A stretch of DNA of 64,000 nt, taken from Gemmatimonadaceae bacterium (GTDB lineage Bacteria > Gemmatimonadota > Gemmatimonadetes > Gemmatimonadales > Gemmatimonadaceae). Below the pieces are notes generated by a model. The model made no database searches. It was not told where the DNA came from and saw only the letters and a list, made by a program, of their open reading frames with translations. Of the stretch, positions 1 through 9,293 are shown in pieces. The position numbers were made by a program, and so were the translations under genes. Location: contig JBGAJQ010000016.1 in assembly GCA_044224875.1 (NCBI GenBank), forward strand, positions 19,975 through 83,974. Direction: 5' to 3'. Positions within the stretch are counted from its first letter, which is position 1, and each line of letters starts with the position of its first letter.

Positions 1-1
1 G

Positions 2-415
2 TTCATGTGCGGCGTGGCGTTGTGCTTTTACGTCATCCTTCCGCTCACGTTAGGCGTGCTGCTCGGCATCCAGTCGGATTACATCGAACCGATGATCACG
101 GTTCAGGAGTACTTTGATTTTGCGATCACGTTCTGTTTGGGCATGGGAGCTGTCTTTGAGCTGCCGATCGTGATCGTGGCGTTGACTGCATTGGGCGTTG
201 TCACGCCGGCGTTTCTGGCGAGGTTCCGACGGCACGCCGTGGTGTTGTGCCTCGTGGGTGCGGCCTTCATCACGCCGGGCGCCGATCCGTTCTCCTTGTT
301 CGCGCTGGCGGTGCCCTTGTATCTGCTCTACGAGGTGTCGGTCGGGGCGTCCTGGTTCATTCACCGGCGCCGCCTGCGTCGTCAGGCGGCGGAAGGCGTC
401 GGAGTGCCTGCGTGA
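2..415 (+). CDS. tatC: Twin-arginine translocase subunit TatC (5'-truncated by window edge)
   Basis: Hydrophobic TM helices with TatC motifs 'GAVFELPIV', 'RRHAVV', 'AAFITPGADPFS..LAVPLYLLYEVS'. Confidence 0.93.
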   Translation, partial: FMCGVALCFYVILPLTLGVLLGIQSDYIEPMITVQEYFDFAITFCLGMGAVFELPIVIVALTALGVVTPAFLARFRRHAVVLCLVGAAFITPGADPFSLFALAVPLYLLYEVSVGASWFIHRRRLRRQAAEGVGVPA

Positions 416-3400
416 TCAATTGGTGGAGGCGGTGGGGAGCGCCGGTGGTTCGCATGGCACTGCTCGCCAGCGCCCTTTCATGCCTCGGAACCGGCGCCCT
501 GCAGGCGCAGGTGAAGTCGAGCAAGGCCAAGGCTGATTCCATCGCGAAAGCCAGAGCAGACTCGATCGCCAAGGCCAGACTCGATTCGCTCGCAAAGGCT
601 CGCAGCGATTCCGTGGCCCGTGCCAAGGCGGATTCGGTGCAGAGGAAGGCAGCCGCCGACTCCGTTGCGAAGAAGCTCGCGGCCGACGCGGCGAAGGCGC
701 GACGAGACTCGATTGCTGCGAACACGCCGCCGGACACGCTTCGCCTCAAGGCGGATTCGATCCGCGCCCTCAGCGACTCGGCCCTCGGTAAGCGAAAGCC
801 GGGCGACACGACAACCGTCAAGCGGACCGTCACGTGGACGCAGCCAGACTCCGTGATGATGGCACTGCTCTCGCGACCGGGATTCGCCGTTACCCGTTAC
901 GAGGGCAAGCACGTCGAGTTTCGGACCAAGGAGCACACGATCTACCTGAAGGGAAGGCCGTCGCAGGTTGAACGTGACTCGGCGACGCTGGTGGGCGACA
1001 CGATCCGATTCAATGACTCGACCAAGGTCATCATCGCCACCGGGGACACGTTGCTCCTACGCGATCCCGCGCAGGGGCAGGACGACATCGAGGCACTGGG
1101 GCTCCTGCAATACGACGTGGATGCGCGTCGAGGCATCGTGCGCAACGTCACCACCACCGTAGAGAGCGGACAGCGATGGGTCGTGCACGGCGACGTGGCC
1201 GCGTTCAAGGGAGACACGAACTCCGTCGACTCGAAGACGGCGTTCTACGCGCGAAACGGATGGCTCACGAGTTGTACGGAGACTTCGCCGCACTATCACT
1301 TCCAGGCGCGCGAAATGAAGCTCGTCTCCAAGAACATCATGGTAGCCCGGCCCGCGATCCTGTACATCGCAGACATACCGGTCGCCTGGCTTCCGTTCGT
1401 GTTCCAGGACATGCGATCGGGGCGACGCAGTGGGATCATCCCGCCACGGTTCGGATTCAGCGACCTGGTTCGCAACAGCACGTCGTATCGGCGAACGATC
1501 GAAGACCTCGGCTACTACTTCGCCCTGTCCGACTACGTGGATCTCCAGACTTCGATGGATTGGCGTTCGGACGCGGGTTCGACCGCTACCGATCCGGGAT
1601 GGCTACGAGGCAAGGCGCTGCTTCAGTACCACTGGCTCGATCGATTCATCGAGGGAAACGTCGGGCTCTCGTATCACTACCTGCGCAACGGGGACACCAA
1701 CAAGGAATTCTCGTTGATGCACAAGCAGGACTTTTCGCAGCGCACGCACCTGACGGCGGACCTGCGCTACATGACCAACACGACGGTCCAGCGAAACACG
1801 ACGTTCAATCCGTACTTGGCACTGGGCACCATCTCGTCGCGGCTGAACTTCAGCACGGGGCGGGGACCATTTTCGCTATCGCTGGGCGGCGCCCAGACGC
1901 AGTACCCAGGGCGCGACGAGATCGTTCAGGACTTTCCGACGCTCGGTATTACCTCCAAACCAATCAAGGTCGGCGAATGGCTGACGTGGACGCCGTCGTT
2001 CCAGTCGTCGTCGAACCGGCGCCTGCACATCGATCAGGTCGGGGACTTTGCCTACAACGTCTTTCGTCGGCCCGACGGGACGCTGGACAGCACGAAGGTG
2101 AATCGCGACAGCTACAACAGCCGGATCTCCTTTGATACGCCGCTGCAGATCTTCGGTTTCAACTGGCGTAACTCGTTCAACCTGCAGGACCGGATCAACG
2201 ATTTTCCGGAGCGGCGAACGATCTATCAGTCGCCATCGGACACGTCCAACAAGGTCGTGCGCGTATACAAGCGGACCTACGTGACGGACTTCAACTGGGA
2301 GACCAGCTTCAGCCTGCCACGCTTTGGGCAGGGGAAGTGGAACATCGGTCCGAGTGTGCAATTCCAGAAAATCGACGGACGATCGGGACTGTTCGTGCGT
2401 TCCGAGCGCACCGGCGGAAAGTGGGTGGGGCAGGGACTGCGCCCCGCGGTCGGACTCTCGATGTCACCGACGTTCTATGCGTTCCTTCCGGGGTTCGGCC
2501 CCCTGGCGCGCATCCGGCATTCGGTCCAGACAAGTCTCTCGTACGCGTACACACCCGCCAGCAAGATCTCCGACGAGTTCTTGGCAGCCAACGGCGACAC
2601 ACGCGTCGGCTATTTGGGCGACAAGACCCGCAATACGGTATCGCTGTCGTTCAACACGGTGTTCGAGGCAAAGCTGAAGAGCGACGAGCCCGACTCATTG
2701 AGCACCACGGCCAGCAGCCAGCGCAATAATTCTTCGAAGCTCAAACTCCTCTCGGTCAATTTCACGTCGCTGTCCTGGGACTTCGAACGCGCGCGACTCA
2801 CGCACAAGACCGGTCTGTCCGAGCGAAACTTCGGGTACAGCATTCGTTCCGACCTGCTGCCGGGGATCGATTTCGGGTCGGACTACTCCCTCTTCCAAGG
2901 CGACCCGATCAGCGACACGGCAGTGTTCAAGCCGTATCGTGAGTCACTCCGCGGCAGTTTCTCGCTGAACTCGAACTCTGGCTTGGTGAAGGCCATCGCG
3001 CGATTGCTCGGCTTCCGGGCGGACACCTCTACGCGACCTGATACGTCGGAGGACTCACGGTCGCTCTCCAGCCGAATTGGGGGCGGGCCACCGAATCCCA
3101 ACAACTTCCGCGCCGGACAGCCCATCGCCGGCAGCATCAACGGTGCGTCCGGGCTTCAAATCCCATCCGGGCAAGGTTGGCAACTCAGCTTGCAGTACAC
3201 GGCCAACCGCCAGCGACCGCCGGTCGGAACCGGTATCGTGGACGTCGATCCCACCGCCAAGTGCGATCAGTTCAAGAGCGTGGACCCGTTCACGTACCAG
3301 CTGTGCGTGAATCAATACGCGACGCAAGCGTCGAGCAATTCGACGCAGTTCGAGAACACCACACGCGGCGGAACATTCTTCCGCGTGCCGCCGCAGCAGA

Positions 3401-3675
3401 GCATGTCGGGGTCGATGTCGTTCCACATCACCGACAAGTGGGCGGCGCAGTGGAGCACGACATACGATTTCGTGGCAAAGGACTTCGCCAGCCAGGTCGT
3501 CTCACTTCAGCGGGAATTGCACGACTGGGATGCCGTTTTCGCCTTCACGAAGGCGCCGAACGGCAACTTCGCGTTCAACTTCTTCATCGCGCTCAAGGCA
3601 GAGCCGGACCTGAAGTTCAACTACGATCGCCGCGACTATCCGCGCGGCTACACGGGCGCTCGACTCTCTCAATAG
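412..3675 (+). CDS. lptD: Putative LPS-assembly outer-membrane protein (LptD/OstA-like)
   Basis: GTG at 412 overlaps the tatC stop (alternative ATG at 454); signal peptide; OstA-like beta-rich N-domain with 'LTSC...PHYHF'; long amphipathic beta-strand C-region ending '..LQRELHDW..FNFFIALKAEPDLKF'. Confidence 0.75.
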   Translation: MINWWRRWGAPVVRMALLASALSCLGTGALQAQVKSSKAKADSIAKARADSIAKARLDSLAKARSDSVARAKADSVQRKAAADSVAKKLAADAAKARRDSIAANTPPDTLRLKADSIRALSDSALGKRKPGDTTTVKRTVTWTQPDSVMMALLSRPGFAVTRYEGKHVEFRTKEHTIYLKGRPSQVERDSATLVGDTIRFNDSTKVIIATGDTLLLRDPAQGQDDIEALGLLQYDVDARRGIVRNVTTTVESGQRWVVHGDVAAFKGDTNSVDSKTAFYARNGWLTSCTETSPHYHFQAREMKLVSKNIMVARPAILYIADIPVAWLPFVFQDMRSGRRSGIIPPRFGFSDLVRNSTSYRRTIEDLGYYFALSDYVDLQTSMDWRSDAGSTATDPGWLRGKALLQYHWLDRFIEGNVGLSYHYLRNGDTNKEFSLMHKQDFSQRTHLTADLRYMTNTTVQRNTTFNPYLALGTISSRLNFSTGRGPFSLSLGGAQTQYPGRDEIVQDFPTLGITSKPIKVGEWLTWTPSFQSSSNRRLHIDQVGDFAYNVFRRPDGTLDSTKVNRDSYNSRISFDTPLQIFGFNWRNSFNLQDRINDFPERRTIYQSPSDTSNKVVRVYKRTYVTDFNWETSFSLPRFGQGKWNIGPSVQFQKIDGRSGLFVRSERTGGKWVGQGLRPAVGLSMSPTFYAFLPGFGPLARIRHSVQTSLSYAYTPASKISDEFLAANGDTRVGYLGDKTRNTVSLSFNTVFEAKLKSDEPDSLSTTASSQRNNSSKLKLLSVNFTSLSWDFERARLTHKTGLSERNFGYSIRSDLLPGIDFGSDYSLFQGDPISDTAVFKPYRESLRGSFSLNSNSGLVKAIARLLGFRADTSTRPDTSEDSRSLSSRIGGGPPNPNNFRAGQPIAGSINGASGLQIPSGQGWQLSLQYTANRQRPPVGTGIVDVDPTAKCDQFKSVDPFTYQLCVNQYATQASSNSTQFENTTRGGTFFRVPPQQSMSGSMSFHITDKWAAQWSTTYDFVAKDFASQVVSLQRELHDWDAVFAFTKAPNGNFAFNFFIALKAEPDLKFNYDRRDYPRGYTGARLSQ
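526..675 (+). repeat. Degenerate 24-nt (8-aa) coding tandem repeat A[KR]xDS[ILV]x[KR] in the LptD N-terminus
   Basis: AKADSIAK ARADSIAK ARLDSLAK ARSDSVAR AKADSVQR KAAADSVAKK. Confidence 0.85.
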
Positions 3676-3716
3676 CCGCCCTTGAATTGGGGGCGCGCCC
3701 GTTGGACCTTTCCGCC

Positions 3717-5230
3717 ATGACGCTTTCGACCGTGGTGGATGGCCGTTCGCTCAGCGTGGCGAGCGTGTGCCAAGTAGCGCGTGGCGGCGCGAAGGTCACG
3801 ATTTCCGACGACGTTCGCGCCCAAGTGCGCCGGGCACGGGCCATCGTGGATGCGGCAGTCGCCGAGAATCGCGCCGTGTACGGAGTGACCACGGGGTTCG
3901 GCAAGATGTCCGACGTAGCGATCCCGCCGCATCGTCAGGCCGAGCTCCAGTTGAATCTCATTCGGAGTCACGTGGTTGGCGTGGGACCCCTGCTTCCAGA
4001 AGCGGAAGTGCGGGCGATGATGCTCCTGCGCGCCAACGTGCTCGCCAAGGGTCACACGGGCGCGAGGCTCGAAGTGTTGGAGCTGCTGGTGGCCATGTTG
4101 AATGCCGGCCTCTTTCCCGCCGTGCCGGAACAGGGGAGTGTGGGCGCATCCGGCGACCTGGCACCGCTGGCGCACCTCGCCATTACGCTGCTTGGAGAAG
4201 GTGAACTGTGCCACGGATCGACACGTGGCCCAGCCGCCGATATGCTGCGCGCGCGTGGCCTGTCACCAATAACCCTCCAACCGAAGGAGGGCGTGGGACT
4301 GATCAACGGGACGCAGGCCCACACCGCGATTGCCACGCTGGCACTCGATGATGCGCGAACGCTGTGGGCGACGGCGCAGGTTGCCGGCGCGTCATCCCTC
4401 GAGGCCCTGAAAGGAACGCCGGTAGCTTTCGACGCGCGAATTCACGCGGCGCGTGGTCAACTAGGGCAGCAAACGTCCGCCGCCTCTTTCCTTCGATTGC
4501 TGGCGGACAGCGAGATTCGCGAGTCCCATCGGCACAACGATCCGCGCGTGATGCCTATGCGTTGCGGTGCATGCCTCAGGTGCACGGGCCCGTGTGGGAC
4601 GCGCTGGAGCATGCCACGTCGGTCATCTCGCGCGAGCTGAACGCAGCCACGGACAACCCGCTGGTGTTTGACACCGGTGAAATGCTGAGCGGCGGCAACT
4701 TTCACGGGCAGGCCGTTGCGATGGTGCTCGACTTCATGGCCATTGCGCTCACGAACCTCGCCGTCATTTCGGAGCGGCGCATCGATCGGCTCGTGCACCC
4801 TGACCTGAACGAGGGGCTGCCGCCGTTCCTGACGAAGGACGCCGGCGTCAGCTCAGGACTGATGATGGCGCAGGTGACCGCCGCCGCCGTGACGAGCGAG
4901 TGCAAGGTGCTCTCTCACCCAGCCAGTGTCGACTCCATCCCCACCGACGGCTCGAAAGAGGACGTGGTGCCCATGGCGATGGGCGCGGCGTTGAAGCCGC
5001 GTCGCATCGTCCAAAACGTGCGACACGTGCTGGCGATTGAACTCCTCTGCGCGAGCCAGGCCCTGGACTTTCGTCGACCCTTGCGCGCCGGCGTGGGTGT
5101 TGAGCGCGCCTACGCCAAGGTGCGTGGTGTAGTGTCGTTCATGGACCAGGACCGCATGATCTCGCCGGACATCGCGGCAATTGCCACGCTGATTTCCCAA
5201 GGTGCATTTCGCGGGATCGATGAAACCTAA
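3717..5230 (+). CDS. hutH: Histidine ammonia-lyase (one apparent frameshift near 4550)
   Basis: 'VYGVTTGFG', MIO-forming 'GASGDLAPL', 'INGTQ' in one frame; '[13 protein letters not shown]', 'TDNPLV', 'SGGNFHG' in the next; conserved RVQDAY junction lacks about 4 nt. Confidence 0.93.
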
Positions 5231-5274
5231 CGCTTGGAGATGCCGGCCGAACGCCGCGTCGTGCATACGGACTC

Positions 5275-6920
5275 ATGACAACTGAACTCGCGCCATCGCC
5301 AAGCGTATCTGGTCCGCGCCCCGTGCGCGCGCCGCGTGGAAGCCAGCTTTCCTGCCGTGGTTGGCAGCAGGAGGCCGCATTACGGATGTTGATGAACAAC
5401 CTGGACCCCGAGGTCGCCGAGCGTCCGGACGATCTGGTGGTGTACGGGGGGACAGGTCGCGCGGCACGCTCCTGGGAGGCGTTCGACGCCATCGTCCGCA
5501 CACTGCAGTCGCTGGACGCCGACGAGACGCTGCTGGTGCAGAGCGGAAAGCCTGTCGCGGTGTTCCGTACACACGCCTCCGCCCCTCGGGTACTGATTGC
5601 CAACAGCAACTTGGTGGGACGTTGGGCAACCTGGGACGTTTCTGCGATTTGAGCGGAAGGGCTCATCACGATGTACGGCCAAATGACGGCCGGGTCGTGG
5701 ATTTACATTGGCTCGCAGGTCCAGGGGAACGTATGAAACGTTTGGCGCCAGGGCCGCGTCCTGCGCTCGCCGGCCGTCGCTTACCGCTGGACTCGGCGGC
5801 ATGGGCGGAGCCTGCGCCACTCTGCCGCGACGATGAGCGTGGAGCTGTTATCTCCCGCCGGGAAGTCGACGAGTCGCGCATCGACAAGGGACTCGCCACA
5901 CGATATTGCGATCGCAAGACCAGTAGTCTGGACGAAGCGCTGGCGTGGATATCCGAGGCCGTGAGTGGCAAGCAGGCGCTGTCGGTCGGTCTGGTCGGCA
6001 ATGCGGCCGAAGTACTGCCGGAGCTCGTGCGGCGGAAAAACCCTGATGTAGTGCATCGACCAGACCAGCGCGCACGATACGCTAAACGGCTATGTCCCGC
6101 ACGGCATGACGTTGGCCCGTTTACGCTTCGTTACCGGGCCGATCCGCAGGAATATTCCCGGCGGGCGGTGGGCTCGATCGTGCAGCACGTTCGCGCGATG
6201 TTGGAGCTGCAAGCGCGCGGCAGTGTCACGTTTGACTACGGAAACAACATTCGCACCGTGGCGCTCGACGCCATCAACCAACGCTGACTTCCCGTCTGTA
6301 CCCGCTTACGTGCGTCCCCTCTTTTGTGAGGGGAAGGGGCCATTTCGTTGGGTCGCGCTCTCCGGTGACCCGCGCGACATACATCGGACCGATGAGTTGA
6401 TCCTCGAACTGTTCCCGGACAACCTCCACCTACGCCGATGGATCACGTTGGCTCGTGAGCGCATCGCCTTTCAGGGGTTGCCAGCGCGCATCTGCTGGCT
6501 GGGGCAGGGCGAACGAGCACGATTTGGCGTGGCGCTGAATGATCTGGTGGCCACGGGAGAGCTCCCCGATCGTCATCGGGCGCGACCATCTGGACACCGG
6601 ATCGGTGGCCTCGCCGTTCCGCGAGACGGAGGGAATGAAGGACGGCTCCGACGCTATAGCGGATTGGGCGATCTTGAACGCTTTGTTGAATGTCGCCAGT
6701 GGCGCTTCGTGGGTGTCGTTTCATCACGGGGGCGGCGCTGGGTTGGCAATTGTTGCACGCTGGCCGTGAGGCTGACGGAAGCCCGAGATGCGACTGCGGT
6801 TGCAGCGCGTGCTCACCAACGATCCCGGGATTGGCGTGGCTCGGCATGCCGACGCTGGCTACGACATCGCCGTGGAAATGGCGGCCCGCGAGGGTCTCCG
6901 ACTTCCCATGTTGCGGCGCA
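5275..6920 (+). pseudogene. hutU: Urocanate hydratase, multiply frameshifted (probably assembly indels); end approximate
   Basis: '[19 protein letters not shown]', 'LVVYGGTG', 'MYGQMTAGSWIYIGSQ' (5671-5718), 'FDYGNNIR', '[13 protein letters not shown]', '[20 protein letters not shown]', '[15 protein letters not shown]' spread over all three frames. Confidence 0.9.
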
Positions 6921-6947
6921 TACCAACCTCGCTCTCGCGCAGCCAAC

Positions 6948-7979
6948 GCGCTGTCGTCCCGGTATCGACCCTATCACATCCCGTTGTTCATCGCGAAGTA
7001 CGCGTCCCTCGTGATGCGCCGACGGCCCGTGCTGGTGCATTTCGAAGTCACGATGCGCTGCAACGCGCGGTGCGGCTTCTGCGACTACTGGAAGACGCCA
7101 ACGAGCGCGCGAGACTCCGAGCTGGCCAGCTTCGCCGACGCCGCTCGGTTCTTCAACCCGGTCATGATCACCTTCACAGGAGGCGAGCCGCTCCTGCGAC
7201 GTGACCTCGAGGACGTCGTGGCTTCCGTACGAGACGCCGTCGGTCTCACGTACCTCACGCTCATTACGCATGGCGCCATGCTCACCGTGGAGCGCGCGCA
7301 GTCCCTTTGGGATGCGGGAATCGGGCAGTTCAACATCTCCCTGGACTACCTGGATGGTCGCCACGACGCCGCACGTGGGATTCCGGGTCTCACCAGTCGC
7401 ATCTTTTCGGCGGTGGAGTCCATGCGATCCAGCGGGATCGATTCCGTCAGATTCAACACGGTGATCAAGAACGACAACCTGGACCAACTCCTCCCGATCG
7501 TGGAGCGAGCGGCGGAATTGGGGGTCGGGGTGAACTTCTCGCTCTATACCGACTTCAAGAACGGGAACACGCAGTACCGCATTGAACCGGACCACGTGAC
7601 CCGTGTTTCGGAGGTGATTGGGGAGCTCCTGGCCTTCAAACGCCGTCGCCGTGGGATCATCACGTCGTCTGATCATTACCTGAGCGAGATCCCGCGATAC
7701 CTCCGCAACGAGCGAACGGAACCGTGTGAATCGGGACGCCGGACCATCCATATCGATCCCACCGGGATGGTGAAGCGCTGTCCGGATTTTCCGACCGATG
7801 GGCACTGGTCGGCGTACGGCGGCTATGCGCCGATTGCCTGCAATGCCTGCTTCTATGCGTGCCGAGGCGAGGCACAGGCACCCCTCCAGCTCTCCCGGGT
7901 CCGCGACGTGTTGGCTCTGGGTCGGGGGGTCGCACGCCCGGCGGTTGGCGCGCCCCCGGCCCCAGCGCTCGAGGCCTGA
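6948..7979 (+). CDS. Radical SAM protein with C-terminal SPASM/twitch-like Cys cluster (start uncertain; first intact starts GTG 7011/ATG 7014)
   Basis: CxxxCxxC 'CNARCGFC' at 7059-7082, 'TGGEPLLR', 'ISLD'; C-terminal '[22 protein letters not shown]'. Confidence 0.88.
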   Translation, partial: ALSSRYRPYHIPLFIAKYASLVMRRRPVLVHFEVTMRCNARCGFCDYWKTPTSARDSELASFADAARFFNPVMITFTGGEPLLRRDLEDVVASVRDAVGLTYLTLITHGAMLTVERAQSLWDAGIGQFNISLDYLDGRHDAARGIPGLTSRIFSAVESMRSSGIDSVRFNTVIKNDNLDQLLPIVERAAELGVGVNFSLYTDFKNGNTQYRIEPDHVTRVSEVIGELLAFKRRRRGIITSSDHYLSEIPRYLRNERTEPCESGRRTIHIDPTGMVKRCPDFPTDGHWSAYGGYAPIACNACFYACRGEAQAPLQLSRVRDVLALGRGVARPAVGAPPAPALEA

Positions 7980-7983
7980 CGTC

Positions 7984-9258
7984 GTGGAACCTAACGATCT
8001 GCTATTTACGAACTGCGCCCAGGTCGTCACCTGTGCTGGCCCGCCGCGGGCCCGTCGCGGTCACGAGCTGCAACAGCTGGGGATAATACCGGACGGGGCA
8101 GTCGTCGTCCGCGATGGCCGGGTGTTGGAGGTGGCGGCCCGTGGCGAACTGGAGCCACGTCATCCGGCGGCGGTCCCTGTGGATTGTCGCGGCGGCGTCC
8201 TGATCCCCGGGTTCGTCGATTCGCATTCCCACGCGATTTTTGGCAAGCCGAGGTACGAGGAACAGGAGCTTCGGGCGTCCGGTCTGGACTACATGGAGAT
8301 CGCCAAGCGTGGGGGTGGCATCCACAGTTCCGTCCGCGACCTGCGGGCTCGAAGCGAGGACGACCTCTTTCAACTGGCCCTCGGCCGGTTGCGGCGAATT
8401 GCGAGCTTCGGTACGACGACCATTGAAGTGAAGTCGGGATATGGACTTACGCTTGCCGACGAGATGAAAATGCTGCGCGTGATCGCAAGGTTGGCAGACG
8501 CGCTGACGCTGCGCCTCGTTCCGACCTTCCTTGGCGCGCATGAAATCCCCCTCGAAGCCCGCGCAACTCCGTCCGGTCGTTCCGATTACGTGGCCTCGCT
8601 CGTCCAAGAGATGATTCCGCAAGTGGCGTCCACGAGGCTGGCCCGATTTGTTGACGTGTTCTGCGAACCGGGTGTGTTCACCGTGGACGAGACGCGCACG
8701 ATCCTGTCGTGCGCCAAGCGACTGGGGTTGTTGCTGAAGGTGCATGCCGATGAACTCCGTCCGTCGGGCGGCGCGGAGTTGGCTGCATCGTTAGGCGCAA
8801 CGTCGGCCGACCATCTGGCGGCGATCTCGGGGGAGGGCGTTCGGGCGTTGGCGGAGTCCGCGACGGTTGCGACACTGCTGCCAGGCACGATGTTGTTCCT
8901 CGGAAAGGATCGGCAGGCGCCGGCGCGCGCGCTACTCGAGGCGGGTGCGGCCGTTGCTCTGGCGACTGATTTCAATCCTGGCACATCTCCGACAGTCAAT
9001 TTTCCGCTCATCCTCACGCTCGCGGTCAGCCAACTTCGCATGTCTGTGTCCGAAGCCCTCCTTGCCGCCACCGTGAACGGGGCCGCCGCGCTGGATCTGG
9101 CGTCCCGCACCGGCCAGCTCGCTCCGGGGTTTTCGGCCGATCTTGCCTTGTTTGACATCGGCGACGTTCGGGAGCTGCCGTATTGGTACGGCGACCGTCG
9201 CTGCCGCGCCACTTGGGTGCGCGGTGTGCCCTGTCACGTCGACACGTCCGTCGCGTGA
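7984..9258 (+). CDS. hutI: Imidazolonepropionase
   Basis: 'PGFVDSHSH', 'GGGIHSSV', 'GTTTIEVKSGYGL', 'VHADEL', 'SADHL', 'ALATDFNPG'. Confidence 0.95.
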   Translation: MEPNDLLFTNCAQVVTCAGPPRARRGHELQQLGIIPDGAVVVRDGRVLEVAARGELEPRHPAAVPVDCRGGVLIPGFVDSHSHAIFGKPRYEEQELRASGLDYMEIAKRGGGIHSSVRDLRARSEDDLFQLALGRLRRIASFGTTTIEVKSGYGLTLADEMKMLRVIARLADALTLRLVPTFLGAHEIPLEARATPSGRSDYVASLVQEMIPQVASTRLARFVDVFCEPGVFTVDETRTILSCAKRLGLLLKVHADELRPSGGAELAASLGATSADHLAAISGEGVRALAESATVATLLPGTMLFLGKDRQAPARALLEAGAAVALATDFNPGTSPTVNFPLILTLAVSQLRMSVSEALLAATVNGAAALDLASRTGQLAPGFSADLALFDIGDVRELPYWYGDRRCRATWVRGVPCHVDTSVA

Positions 9259-9293
9259 TCGCTTCCTGCTCGGATACGCCGTAACCCGCGCGC

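Noticed and set aside
247..411. N-terminal extension of the LptD ORF given in the ORF track
   Set aside because: It overlaps tatC in another frame; the signal peptide begins near GTG 412/ATG 454.
3177..3716. Apparent long N-terminal extension of hutH
   Set aside because: It is a shadow frame over the LptD 3' end; HutH similarity starts at ATG 3717.
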